A DNA stretch of 17,932 nucleotides from a virus. The notes below the pieces were generated by a model. It did not search any database. It was not told the DNA's origin and saw only the letters and a list, made by a program, of their open reading frames with translations. Below are positions 1-7,231 of the stretch, one piece after another. How positions within the stretch are numbered: the stretch's first letter is position 1; each line of letters starts with the position of its first letter. Location of the stretch: the UHGV virus genome UHGV-1599718. The stretch is one strand, 5' to 3'. A program made the position numbers and the translations under genes.

Positions 1-94
1 TGACATTTTTTACAGGTCGGCGAGTCTGCGTCTTCCTTCCTTCGAGGATGGCCCTAACCATATCGTCATTAAAAACAACACCACGTTCTTTCAT
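1..94 (-). CDS. phage protein, N-terminal fragment only (gene continues beyond window start); ASCH-like N-terminal motif
   Basis: Minus-strand ATG at 94..92 overlaps the TGA of the upstream ORF (ATGA). It opens a frame reading MKERGVVFNDDMVRAILEGRKTQTRRPVKNV with no stop before position 1. The motif resembles ASCH-type phage proteins, from memory only. Confidence 0.35.
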   Translation of the reverse strand, partial: MKERGVVFNDDMVRAILEGRKTQTRRPVKNV

Positions 95-249
95 TTAGAA
101 GCCACCTTGTTCAATTTCCGGCGACAAGACACGCAATCATCAGGACTCTCAAAAGTGTCTGGCTCACGGTAATCACCAAAATACATCCAACGGCCGCAAA
201 TGCTGGTTACTTCACCTTCATTAAAATAATGATGTTTATTCGCCTTCAT
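91..249 (-). CDS. small Cys-rich hypothetical protein (about 52 aa, possible zinc-ribbon)
   Basis: Internal ATG at 249..247 (MKANKHHYF...) chosen over the track start at 345 to avoid a 67-nt overlap with the upstream gene. CxxxW and CxxC motifs present. Stop overlaps the next start. Confidence 0.35.
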   Translation of the reverse strand: MKANKHHYFNEGEVTSICGRWMYFGDYREPDTFESPDDCVSCRRKLNKVASK

Positions 250-278
250 TGGCCTGACCCATCCGGCATTTTTCTTGC

Positions 279-644
279 TCACTTCAACTCCTCCCGACGA
301 CGTTCCTGAAGCTCTAGCATTGCGGCTCGGAAATCCTGCCACCATTCTTCATCGGCTACTGGGGTGTTCCGCTCCAGCACCTTGTCCGCATCGGCGATCA
401 GGTTTGCCAGACTCTTGTCTGAAATCTTCGTTACCGGAGTCGTTGGTTGCTCAACCTGCCCGATAGGTTTTATCGTGCTCAAAAGGAGGCGACGGCGGGA
501 AAGTGGTGCCCCACAACGACGGCCATCTTCCTTGCGATATGTTTCTTTCGGACCAACACACCAGGTTGTCGGCGTCTCGCGCAACTTCACTTTTTTCTCA
601 CCATCATTGGTAATGATTATTCCGGTATGTGTTTTGATGCTCAT
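279..644 (-). CDS. hypothetical phage protein (121 aa)
   Basis: ORF with ATG at 644..642 overlapping the TGA of the upstream gene (ATGA), so part of the same minus-strand operon. No family recognised. Confidence 0.5.
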   Translation of the reverse strand: MSIKTHTGIIITNDGEKKVKLRETPTTWCVGPKETYRKEDGRRCGAPLSRRRLLLSTIKPIGQVEQPTTPVTKISDKSLANLIADADKVLERNTPVADEEWWQDFRAAMLELQERRREELK

Positions 645-922
645 GCCACAGCCCCTCTCAACGGCTTAACTTTGGCTAATAAGGTGTTAAACAACATGGA
701 GTTAGGATTCATGCCAAATGGCAATTCCGGTTTAGCGGAGTAGTACAGGCAACCATTTATTTTCCTGGTTGTTATCTGTCCTTCGGCAACCATGCTTCTC
801 AGTCTGCAACGCATAGAGTTCTGCGACACACCAATGTGCTCCGCGATTACGTCCACTTTTGAACATGGGTGATCGGTCAGGAAATTAATCACATCTTGGG
901 GGTTAATAATTTTGCGTTTCAT
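641..922 (-). CDS. putative winged-helix DNA-binding protein (93 aa)
   Basis: Second in-frame ATG at 922..920 has an AAGGA about 10 nt upstream; the first ATG at 943 lies inside an AT-rich repeat with no RBS. HTH-like segment VDVIAEHIGVSQNSMRCRLRSMVAEGQI. Confidence 0.45.
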   Translation of the reverse strand: MKRKIINPQDVINFLTDHPCSKVDVIAEHIGVSQNSMRCRLRSMVAEGQITTRKINGCLYYSAKPELPFGMNPNSMLFNTLLAKVKPLRGAVA

Positions 923-942
923 TGTCGAGGCATCCTTATACA

Positions 943-968
943 TTTATATAAATATATAATTCTATATA
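943..968. promoter_or_regulatory. AT-rich operator/promoter-like repeat (TATATAA / TCTATA family), copy a
   Basis: tttatataaatatataattctatata lies directly upstream of the 641..922 gene; same motif family as copies at 2152, 5908, 5982, 6688 and 11052. Confidence 0.35.
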
Positions 969-988
969 CGGCGGGAGACGTCCCGCCG
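969..988 (-). terminator. stem-loop, candidate terminator after the 355-aa gene
   Basis: Perfect inverted repeat cggcggga-gacg-tcccgccg 12 nt downstream of the stop at 1000; followed on the minus strand by an AT/U-rich stretch. Confidence 0.4.
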
Positions 989-999
989 TAGGCTTACTG

Positions 1000-2067
1000 T
1001 CAGGCTTTCAATAGCGATTCTTTTAGATATCGGGCATCAGCCAGGGCGTTTGGAGTAATCTTGCGAACCCATGCATTACGGGTTGGACTCCACTTAAAGG
1101 CGCGTGATTTAAGCAGCGAACGAATGTTTGCCTCTGGTTTGCCAGGGAAATAAAACAGGATGCGGTTATCCTCTGGATCTATCTCCATAGAAAAGCCGTC
1201 GTATTCTTCGCGCTGTGCTCCTGTTACAGACTTGACCGATTCAAGCTCCTTAATACGGCTCTGTAGTCGTTTGATTTCGGCGTTATTGTTGCTCAGTGCG
1301 TATGAAGGGAATCCGATGCGCCCACAGAAATCTCCGGCCAGTAACTCTTTGGCTTCGCTTTCTGTAAACCTGAGATCGATTAATGCAGAAAGCTGCTGTA
1401 ATTGGTCTTTTTTGTATTTGCGAATGGCCTTATTTGCGGCCTTCATTTTGACGTGTGACTTCATGCAGCCTTGCAGCTTACGAAGCAACTTAAATAGCGC
1501 ATCAGGATCATCAGACGAAATTCCATTACGACCAACACCTGCGGCTTTGCTCTCGTAGTGTGATGCTTTACTTTCGCATTCAACAAACGCTTTTCTGAAT
1601 AACGCATCAGCTTTAGACAAACGGCGGCGATGGCCTTTCGCGCTATAATGGTCAACTAAAATCGGCTGGCCTAACGGGATCACATCCAACAGGTCATGCG
1701 CTCGCTTATGCGCTACCGCACCTTCTTTTCTGGCTTTTTCTGCACGAGCAATATATCGGGCAAGACGCGCGTTCTGGCGTTCCTGATAGGTGTTTACGTA
1801 ATCATCTCCGCGCTGCTGCTGTTCAAGCCATGCTTTGCGCAGATCTTCTGTTACGTCCACCAGCTCCGCAGGGATACAACCAGTTTGGGCTTCATAAGAG
1901 TAACCATCCTCATAGATACGCCCATCGTCTTCAACAAAGAAAAAGGTTTCGTGCTCATCGCTTTTGACCATACGACCATTAACATGGCGTAATAGGTAGC
2001 CAGTATCAGTGCTTAACAGGCTGTTAGGGTTGTTGATCCAGTCAGAAATAATTACTTGTTTATTCAT
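1000..2067 (-). CDS. hypothetical protein (355 aa), unknown function
   Basis: Long uninterrupted ORF starting ATG at 2067..2065; preceded by the conserved 89-bp leader. No family confidently recognised (DUF3560-like is a weak recollection only). Confidence 0.75.
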   Translation of the reverse strand: MNKQVIISDWINNPNSLLSTDTGYLLRHVNGRMVKSDEHETFFFVEDDGRIYEDGYSYEAQTGCIPAELVDVTEDLRKAWLEQQQRGDDYVNTYQERQNARLARYIARAEKARKEGAVAHKRAHDLLDVIPLGQPILVDHYSAKGHRRRLSKADALFRKAFVECESKASHYESKAAGVGRNGISSDDPDALFKLLRKLQGCMKSHVKMKAANKAIRKYKKDQLQQLSALIDLRFTESEAKELLAGDFCGRIGFPSYALSNNNAEIKRLQSRIKELESVKSVTGAQREEYDGFSMEIDPEDNRILFYFPGKPEANIRSLLKSRAFKWSPTRNAWVRKITPNALADARYLKESLLKA

Positions 2068-2073
2068 CAGATT

Positions 2074-2162
2074 TCTCCGGTTTAACCAGGGCGGGTATCG
2101 CTCGGTTTCGGTTATAACCTTAGGAAATTTTTTCCCACCTGTAAAGCACTTTTTATATAAAT
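2074..2162 (-). promoter_or_regulatory. conserved 89-bp promoter/5-prime leader element, copy A
   Basis: 89 bp differing at 2 positions from 10975..11063, in both cases immediately upstream of a minus-strand start codon; contains the palindrome GGTTATAACC. Confidence 0.55.
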
Positions 2163-2188
2163 CTATAATTATATATTTATAGATTTTC
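2152..2188. promoter_or_regulatory. AT-rich operator-like repeat, copy b (10-bp inverted repeat AAATCTATAA / TTATAGATTT)
   Basis: ttttatataaatctataattatatatttatagatttt; inverted halves aaatctataa and ttatagattt separated by 7 bp. Confidence 0.4.
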
Positions 2189-2236
2189 GATGTTCCCGAT
2201 GTCTACACACCATCAAAACAGCTCAAAATGACACTT

Positions 2237-2614
2237 TCACTCTCTTCGCTTTTTCAAATAGTCGACAACATACGCCCTGGCTTTTGCCAGCTTCCGGCGA
2301 TACTGTCTGAGACTAAGAGAAAGGGCGTGGGCTTTATCAATATGCGGTGCATTTATGTCGAGGCCCCGAATCTCCCACGCCCCGTATTCAATTCGGACAA
2401 CCAGCGCCGCAGTCTCATCAACTACCGTGAGGGCCGTCACCGCTCCCTCGATACTGGTTTCCAGTGAGTCATTTGGTGCGCCGCCCCCTCCGGTAAACTG
2501 GCAACGCGTAACCATCATCATTTCTAACATCGACGCGAAACCGCTACGGGCGTTGCAGCCATTGCGCACCCACAGCGCCCATAGCTCAAACAAGCTATCC
2601 AGATCGCGTCTCAC
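2237..2614 (-). CDS. phage antitermination protein Q-like (125 aa)
   Basis: N-terminal LFELWALWVRNG resembles the ERWGAWAANN motif of small Q-family antiterminators (QuuD-like), recalled from memory. GTG start at 2614..2612, 3 nt after the upstream stop. Confidence 0.55.
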   Translation of the reverse strand: MRRDLDSLFELWALWVRNGCNARSGFASMLEMMMVTRCQFTGGGGAPNDSLETSIEGAVTALTVVDETAALVVRIEYGAWEIRGLDINAPHIDKAHALSLSLRQYRRKLAKARAYVVDYLKKRRE

Positions 2615-2617
2615 TGT

Positions 2618-2950
2618 TCAGATCTCCCGTATCGTGACGGGATAAAGCGCCTCTACCTGCTTTTTCTTCATGATGTAGACGTCTGTTCGCACACCTTTAG
2701 TGTCGACACAATCAATCGTCCCATCGTCATAAAACACCATGAAATCAAGTTTATAAACGACACCACCAGGCAGATGAAAAGGCACCTGCATAAGAAACGT
2801 CACAACGCGGCCAGCTTTTCTCAGTAGCTTCAGTTCGCAGTAGTAATCAGCCTCTTTTTTGCTATCAAAAGCGATATCATCGACAACAGTTTTTTTATTG
2901 CCGTATTTGCTTTTCCTAGTCGCTGGTTTGCGAAAGCCGGTATATCTCAT
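2618..2950 (-). CDS. DUF1064-like phage protein (110 aa)
   Basis: Motif GNKKTVVDDIAFDSKKEADYYCELKLL is typical of DUF1064 proteins in lambdoid nin regions. ATG overlaps the upstream stop (ATGA). Confidence 0.55.
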   Translation of the reverse strand: MRYTGFRKPATRKSKYGNKKTVVDDIAFDSKKEADYYCELKLLRKAGRVVTFLMQVPFHLPGGVVYKLDFMVFYDDGTIDCVDTKGVRTDVYIMKKKQVEALYPVTIREI

Positions 2951-3351
2951 TTGGTATCCCCTGGTACTTCACCAAGACTAAGATCAAACCCAATTTCGTC
3001 TTTAACTGACTGCGGCAACAGCTCCCACGTCTGCGCACACAAAAATTCATCGGTGCCATAACGCTCAACAAAGCGAGCACAATTACTCAGGGGAGGGTGA
3101 CGAACGGCAATATGCGGAGGCACGCGCCCACCACCAGGCACAACACCGCGATGATGTGGTGCGCACAACCCAAAGCTATGGAAGTGGCAATTCTCATCAA
3201 CGCTGCCGTAATCAGGATCGTGATGTAGCTCCGTCCACAGCTCTGGATTCTCAATTTCACGGCCATCAATAATGCAAGCTATGCAACCCACGTGAGTGAG
3301 CACCGCTTGTATATAAAGTTTCTCTTTCTTCGTTGGTGTACGTCCGTTCAT
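2947..3351 (-). CDS. putative HNH-type nuclease, Ref (recombination enhancement function)-like (134 aa)
   Basis: Cys/His-rich pattern (HVGCIACII ... HHDPDYGS ... CHFH ... CAPHH) consistent with an HNH/Ref-like fold. Start overlaps the upstream stop. Confidence 0.45.
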   Translation of the reverse strand: MNGRTPTKKEKLYIQAVLTHVGCIACIIDGREIENPELWTELHHDPDYGSVDENCHFHSFGLCAPHHRGVVPGGGRVPPHIAVRHPPLSNCARFVERYGTDEFLCAQTWELLPQSVKDEIGFDLSLGEVPGDTK

Positions 3352-3584
3352 CAGCGCCCCTTACCATTGATAAAGAGGTTGAACTCGTTGATTAACTGGA
3401 CATACATGCTTCTGGCCGCGTAGTTCTTTGCCAGCTCTTTACGGGATGAGATCCCGCAAAACTCACGCAGAATCACAGAGGCCTCAGAACTGTTTGAAAC
3501 GTTCTTCCCTGTTTTACTGGTCAGAAAGCGCCAGAATTGGGGATTCTGGCAATGCATCGCAGCACCGCGAACATAACTACTCAT
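3351..3584 (-). CDS. hypothetical phage protein (77 aa)
   Basis: ORF with start and stop overlapping its neighbours (ATGA at both ends). Confidence 0.45.
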   Translation of the reverse strand: MSSYVRGAAMHCQNPQFWRFLTSKTGKNVSNSSEASVILREFCGISSRKELAKNYAARSMYVQLINEFNLFINGKGR

Positions 3585-4096
3585 TGATGGCCCCCGTCAT
3601 TTCTAGTGCTTTTCACCGTGCGGCTTCTTAAAAACCTGCCATCACGAACAACAGACACTTCTCGTTTACCCAACCTCATTTCACGGCGGTAACATTCAGA
3701 AAATGCCTCGTCCGGCATCATATAAATGCGACGCTTCGCCTCCGTATCCAGAAGGGAACGGCTTGGGGTTACATATAAGAACGACTCATCAATAGGGACA
3801 AAACCACGAGCAAGAATTGCTGGCAGAATGCCAGGAAGAACGCAGAAAACAGCTCCACGATGCAGCAACATCTGGTACTCCATGACCTCCGTTATCCCCG
3901 TGACGACTGTTACGGTGTCACGTCTGTTACGGCTGGCAACCAGTCGCTGCACACGTCCAATTTTCTGATCTACAGATAGATGTTTGCTATCGTTATCAAT
4001 ATGATCGATAACAAATCCTTTAATCGTTTGATCAAGGTAGTGCACCACCTGCGATTGAATCTGGTGATTATCACCAAAGAAGGCCAGAATCATCAT
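3581..4096 (-). CDS. hypothetical phage protein (171 aa)
   Basis: ORF with ATG at 4096 overlapping the stop of the Cro-like gene; no family recognised. Confidence 0.55.
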   Translation of the reverse strand: MMILAFFGDNHQIQSQVVHYLDQTIKGFVIDHIDNDSKHLSVDQKIGRVQRLVASRNRRDTVTVVTGITEVMEYQMLLHRGAVFCVLPGILPAILARGFVPIDESFLYVTPSRSLLDTEAKRRIYMMPDEAFSECYRREMRLGKREVSVVRDGRFLRSRTVKSTRNDGGHQ

Positions 4097-4587
4097 TCCT
4101 CAAGCCTCCCAAGTGCTGAACGCCGGGCGTTGCTAATCTCCTTATGAATCAGCTCGATATCGCTGGAATCTTTATTCTTAAGCTCCAGCACGGCAATCGC
4201 ATCACGAACCTCTGAAACGGTTACGTGTGAGTGTTTCCAGCGAGCAATGAATCGCGGACCGCGTAGATTGCAACGCTCCGCAGGCATCCCCAGCTCAGAG
4301 AAAACCGCTTTCAGCCTTGATAAGCAGTTAACAGGGAGATTCCCTTTGATCTTGTTCTGCCGAACCGATGTGCCATCGCTACGCTGGCGCTGACGTTCGG
4401 CAAAATCTGCCGCCCATTGCTGGACGTTAATCCGGCCTTCCGAATACGCCACCAGCAGCGTCAGGTTATCCGCACGAGGGAATCTCTCGAAGCGATACCA
4501 GGCACCAATCAGTGATGACGTAAAGCCAAACTTTCTGGCAACACCAATTTGGCCTCCATTTTCGTCAACCCACTCCTGAAAGGTCAT
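4093..4587 (-). CDS. Cro-like HTH DNA-binding protein with C-terminal extension (164 aa)
   Basis: First gene of the leftward operon, divergent from the CI-like gene. GGAG RBS 9 nt upstream of ATG 4587. N-terminal HTH-like segment GQIGVARKFGFTSSLIGAWYRFER. Confidence 0.55.
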   Translation of the reverse strand: MTFQEWVDENGGQIGVARKFGFTSSLIGAWYRFERFPRADNLTLLVAYSEGRINVQQWAADFAERQRQRSDGTSVRQNKIKGNLPVNCLSRLKAVFSELGMPAERCNLRGPRFIARWKHSHVTVSEVRDAIAVLELKNKDSSDIELIHKEISNARRSALGRLEE

Positions 4588-4606
4588 TTAACGAACTCCA
4601 GTTAAA

Positions 4607-4642
4607 ACCACGATATGTGGTATTAAAACCACATATCGTGAG
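4607..4642. promoter_or_regulatory. tandem operators O1 (ACCACGATATGTGGT, 4607-4621) and O2 (ACCACATATCGTGAG, 4628-4642)
   Basis: Two 15-bp ACCAC-N5-GTGGT dyads with centres 21 bp apart, between divergent CI-like and Cro-like genes. On the minus strand they fall in the spacer and -10 region of a TTGAAA-N17-TTTAAT promoter candidate. Confidence 0.6.
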
Positions 4643-4709
4643 TTTTTCAATGGGCGAAACAAAAAATAACCTTCTATTTGTGGTCCACCTCTCGTCTTAC
4701 CATGTGAAA

Positions 4710-4724
4710 ACCACTAAATGTGGT
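4710..4724. promoter_or_regulatory. operator O3 (ACCACTAAATGTGGT) upstream of the CI-like gene
   Basis: Same dyad architecture, 38 bp upstream of the start at 4762; adjacent TATAAA at 4729-4735. Confidence 0.55.
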
Positions 4725-4761
4725 AATGTATAAATAACCCACCATTCACGATTGATGAGAC

Positions 4762-5418
4762 ATGAAAAGCAACGACGAGAACATCAAGAAAGAAATAGGT
4801 CTGCGCATTCAGACTCTACGGAAACAATCCGGCATGACTGCCGGAGATCTCCAGCAAGTCACTGGAATAGGCTTAAGCACCTTGCAGAACTATGAGGCCG
4901 GATTAAGACAACCATCTATACCTGCCATCAAGAAAATCGCGCACGCCCTGAAAGCATCAGCGCCTTATATCGCGTGCTTAACAGATAACCCGTTCCCACC
5001 CCAGAATACTAACGCTCCTGTTATTCCTGGGCTTGTAGCTATAAAAAATGACATAGCATCGCACGCCGGAGAAAAACCAGTGCTGGCGATAGAACAGGAG
5101 ATTCTACGAAGCAAGAACATCAACCCATCGTCTCTGTCAGTTCTCCAGAGCAACGATGAGTTAATGTCACCAACAATATCCCCTGGCTCCCAAGTCCTGA
5201 TTAATACAGACGATACAGAGATTCATGAGGGGATCTATGCCCTTGAAGACAGAAATGGCCTGGTTGTTTTGAGGCACTGTAGAGTCATACCGGGTGACAA
5301 TGCTGTTATGCTGTCAACCGAAAGGGATGCTGAAATGAACACTAAGCATCTGAATAACGAGGAATTTAAGCGTTATAAAGTTCTTGGCCGCGTAGTTAGT
5401 GTTGTCAACTGGTTATGA
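4762..5418 (+). CDS. CI-like prophage repressor (HTH_XRE N-terminal domain plus S24 LexA-like peptidase C-terminal domain, 218 aa)
   Basis: HTH segment IGLRIQTLRKQSGMTAGDLQQVTGIGLSTLQNYEAG. C-terminal region ELMSPTISPGSQVLINTDD ... GDNAVMLS ... KVLGRVVSV matches the Ser/Lys autopeptidase layout of LexA/CI proteins. Confidence 0.8.
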   Translation: MKSNDENIKKEIGLRIQTLRKQSGMTAGDLQQVTGIGLSTLQNYEAGLRQPSIPAIKKIAHALKASAPYIACLTDNPFPPQNTNAPVIPGLVAIKNDIASHAGEKPVLAIEQEILRSKNINPSSLSVLQSNDELMSPTISPGSQVLINTDDTEIHEGIYALEDRNGLVVLRHCRVIPGDNAVMLSTERDAEMNTKHLNNEEFKRYKVLGRVVSVVNWL

Positions 5419-5460
5419 TACACAGCACGGCGAAAGCCGTGCATTTCTACGCTCAAAAAA

Positions 5461-5475
5461 ACCACATTTTGTGGT
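5461..5475. promoter_or_regulatory. operator O4 (ACCACATTTTGTGGT) upstream of the 5511 gene
   Basis: Same dyad, immediately followed by TTGACA (5477-5482) and TATAAA (5494-5499), 36 bp before the ATG at 5511. Confidence 0.5.
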
Positions 5476-5510
5476 TTTGACAACATGTAAAAGTATAAAA
5501 GAGGCTACGC

Positions 5511-5885
5511 ATGGAATTACATACAGCCAATAAAAACGAAACTCTGATCACTGCTGGAATCGAAATCCAAGCGTTGAACATAGCGATTGAGTGTATGTTA
5601 TGCCAACTCATTGATAATGAGAAAGATATCGACTGGATAGAATCTATCCTTCATCTGGCATCAGAACAAAAAGTCTGCCTCAAAACGGCCTTACAATACG
5701 ATGTGCCAGCGGTATCGAAGCTGTGCCAGTCATTGATGGCATATAACAGGGCTATTATTTCTGTATGCCTCATGATTCTCGATGAAAACACCCCTCTTAG
5801 CGACCGCTCAGAAGCTGCTCTAACCCTCTCACGTAAACAGCGACAGCTAGCAAATCAACTGATATCAACGATAGCTGACCTCTGA
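5511..5885 (+). CDS. hypothetical protein (124 aa), unknown function
   Basis: ORF with AGAGG RBS; operator O4 upstream and a terminator hairpin downstream. Confidence 0.6.
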   Translation: MELHTANKNETLITAGIEIQALNIAIECMLCQLIDNEKDIDWIESILHLASEQKVCLKTALQYDVPAVSKLCQSLMAYNRAIISVCLMILDENTPLSDRSEAALTLSRKQRQLANQLISTIADL

Positions 5886-5890
5886 CTGCA

Positions 5891-5908
5891 AGCGGGCTAA
5901 CGCCCGCT
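5891..5908 (+). terminator. stem-loop, candidate terminator after the 5511 gene
   Basis: agcgggc-taac-gcccgct directly after the stop at 5885, followed by an AT-rich run (ttatatgattat). Confidence 0.5.
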
Positions 5909-6013
5909 TATATGATTATAGATTTATATAATTATATAAAACGCTTTTCATCCGCCAAAAAGTTGGTTATGCTTATCTCATTCTATAAATATAGATTTAT
6001 AGAATTATATAAT
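5908..6013. promoter_or_regulatory. two AT-rich repeat clusters (copies c at 5908-5939 and d at 5982-6013) upstream of the ParA gene; candidate operator or centromere-like site
   Basis: ttatatgattatagatttatataattatataa and tctataaatatagatttatagaattatataat; TCTATA-AA-TATAGA is a perfect palindrome. Confidence 0.4.
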
Positions 6014-6035
6014 CAAACACATGGAGTCTCGACAA

Positions 6036-6689
6036 ATGACTATATCTGTAGGTATTTTCAACGGAAAAGGCGGCGTAACCAAATCAACCATTGCTCGTGC
6101 TTTAGCAGTTGCTTATGCAAAGGCTGGCTGGAATGTATGCCTGATCGATATGGATGTGCTTAACGGAACGGTAACGCGTTGGGTACAACGCAGAATGGCC
6201 AACAATATCGAACCTGCAATCGCGGCGCAGCCGTGCGGCACGCCATCACAAGTCCAGAAAATCATCGAATCAGAAGTATACGACCTGGTTATCGTTGATG
6301 GCGGTGCCTACGCATCTGAATCAGTACCGAAGCTATCTGAATTTCTGGATATGGTTATTTTGCCAACCAGATTCTCTACCGATGACCTGGAAACCACCGT
6401 TAACACTGCTCACGGTATCGTTAAAAAGGGTGTACCAATCAAGAAAATTTGCATGGTGTTTTCCGGCGCGGCTGAAAACGAAGCTGACTATATTGAAGCC
6501 CAAGAGTACCTGGCTAATACGCCATACTTTGTTGTTGATAAGTACATTCCCCACAAGCCAGCTCTGAGCAAAGCTCAGGATAAGGGCTTAAGCCTCATTG
6601 AGTGCTCATACGTTGCGCCACGCAAAAAGGCAGACGACGTTATTCAGGGGATTATCAACCAGCTTGAGGCTCTGACTACTGCCGCGTAA
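6036..6689 (+). CDS. parA: ParA/ParF-type partition ATPase (deviant Walker A)
   Basis: GKGGVTKST deviant Walker A at the N-terminus and DLVIVDGG Walker B-like motif. ATG 6036 has GGAG 9 nt upstream; the track start at 6021 lacks an RBS. Confidence 0.85.
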   Translation: MTISVGIFNGKGGVTKSTIARALAVAYAKAGWNVCLIDMDVLNGTVTRWVQRRMANNIEPAIAAQPCGTPSQVQKIIESEVYDLVIVDGGAYASESVPKLSEFLDMVILPTRFSTDDLETTVNTAHGIVKKGVPIKKICMVFSGAAENEADYIEAQEYLANTPYFVVDKYIPHKPALSKAQDKGLSLIECSYVAPRKKADDVIQGIINQLEALTTAA

Positions 6690-6720
6690 TATATAATTAT
6701 AGTTTTATAGATTTATATAA
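6688..6720. promoter_or_regulatory. AT-rich repeat copy e between the ParA gene and its partner
   Basis: aatatataattatagttttatagatttatataa starting at the ParA stop codon. Confidence 0.4.
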
Positions 6721-6732
6721 GAGGGGATACAC

Positions 6733-6981
6733 ATGGCCGCACCATCAAAACCACCAAAGAAGAACAGCAAAGGCGTACCGCCATCGATCGAACAACCGCA
6801 GGTTTTCGACCCGACTGAAACGCCAACCAGAACCAAATCAGGTGGGGCACAAATGGCGTTTAACGTCGACCCTGAATTTAAACGCGAGTACAAAACGTTC
6901 GCCAGCTCAATGGATATGTCATTGAAAGAAGTGCTGACAAAATCTTTTGAGTTACTCAAGTCTCAATACAACCAGAAGTAA
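6733..6981 (+). CDS. ribbon-helix-helix DNA-binding protein, ParG/Omega-like partition or regulatory partner (82 aa)
   Basis: Strong RBS AGAGGGG. Disordered basic N-terminus followed by an RHH-like C-terminus (AFNVDPEFKREYKTFASSMDMSLKEVLTKSFELL), immediately downstream of the ParA gene. Confidence 0.55.
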   Translation: MAAPSKPPKKNSKGVPPSIEQPQVFDPTETPTRTKSGGAQMAFNVDPEFKREYKTFASSMDMSLKEVLTKSFELLKSQYNQK

Positions 6982-7043
6982 GAGAAGGTGACGGCCTCCA
7001 GCGCCAACTGTTGGCCGTCGCGACACAACAAGGGGAATTTGTT

Positions 7044-7193
7044 ATGTCCGAGCAACAATATACACGGTTACTGAAAACTCGTCTAACCGACCTCAAACGG
7101 CTGCAAGCTGGTCGCTTATTTGCCCTGCTATCCACCAGGCCAGAATGGGTACGTGAAGCTGTTCTGAAAGGTTTAATGCGCTCCAGCGTTTAA
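7044..7193 (+). CDS. small hypothetical protein (49 aa)
   Basis: ATG at 7044 with AAGGGG about 8 nt upstream (the track start at 7011 is TTG); followed by a terminator hairpin. Confidence 0.35.
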   Translation: MSEQQYTRLLKTRLTDLKRLQAGRLFALLSTRPEWVREAVLKGLMRSSV

Positions 7194-7209
7194 ATTCAAC
7201 CATAAAAAA

Positions 7210-7225
7210 GGCCCCCGAAGGGGCC
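7210..7225. terminator. bidirectional intrinsic terminator
   Basis: ggcccc-cgaa-ggggcc flanked by an A-run on the left; on the minus strand the stem is followed by ttttttatgg. Confidence 0.5.
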
Positions 7226-7231
7226 TAATCG

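Noticed and set aside
364-743. Plus-strand ORFs 275..466, 364..669 and 447..743
   Set aside because: They overlap the start/stop-coupled minus-strand operon; translations are compositionally odd (R/S/L-rich).
1160-1992. Plus- and minus-strand ORFs (1160..1558, 1461..1655, 1696..1992) inside the 355-aa gene
   Set aside because: Fully embedded in a longer, better-supported minus-strand ORF; low-complexity translations and no RBS context.
2228-2645. Plus-strand ORFs 2228..2467 and 2355..2645 opposite the Q-like gene
   Set aside because: Antisense to a gene with a recognisable family motif; no independent support.
3087-3968. Embedded ORFs 3087..3269, 3428..3631 and 3726..3968
   Set aside because: Shorter alternatives within or antisense to coupled operon genes.
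4965-5153. Minus-strand ORF within the CI-like gene
   Set aside because: Antisense to a strongly supported repressor gene.
5912-6163. ORF 5912..6163 (83 aa) spanning the AT-rich repeats and the ParA start
   Set aside because: Begins in the AT-rich repeat region and is out of frame with the ParA gene; its Cys-rich translation looks like frame noise.
6295-6959. ORFs 6295..6567, 6333..6554 and 6705..6959 overlapping the partition genes
   Set aside because: Embedded in or antisense to the ParA and RHH genes, which have clear motifs and RBSs.
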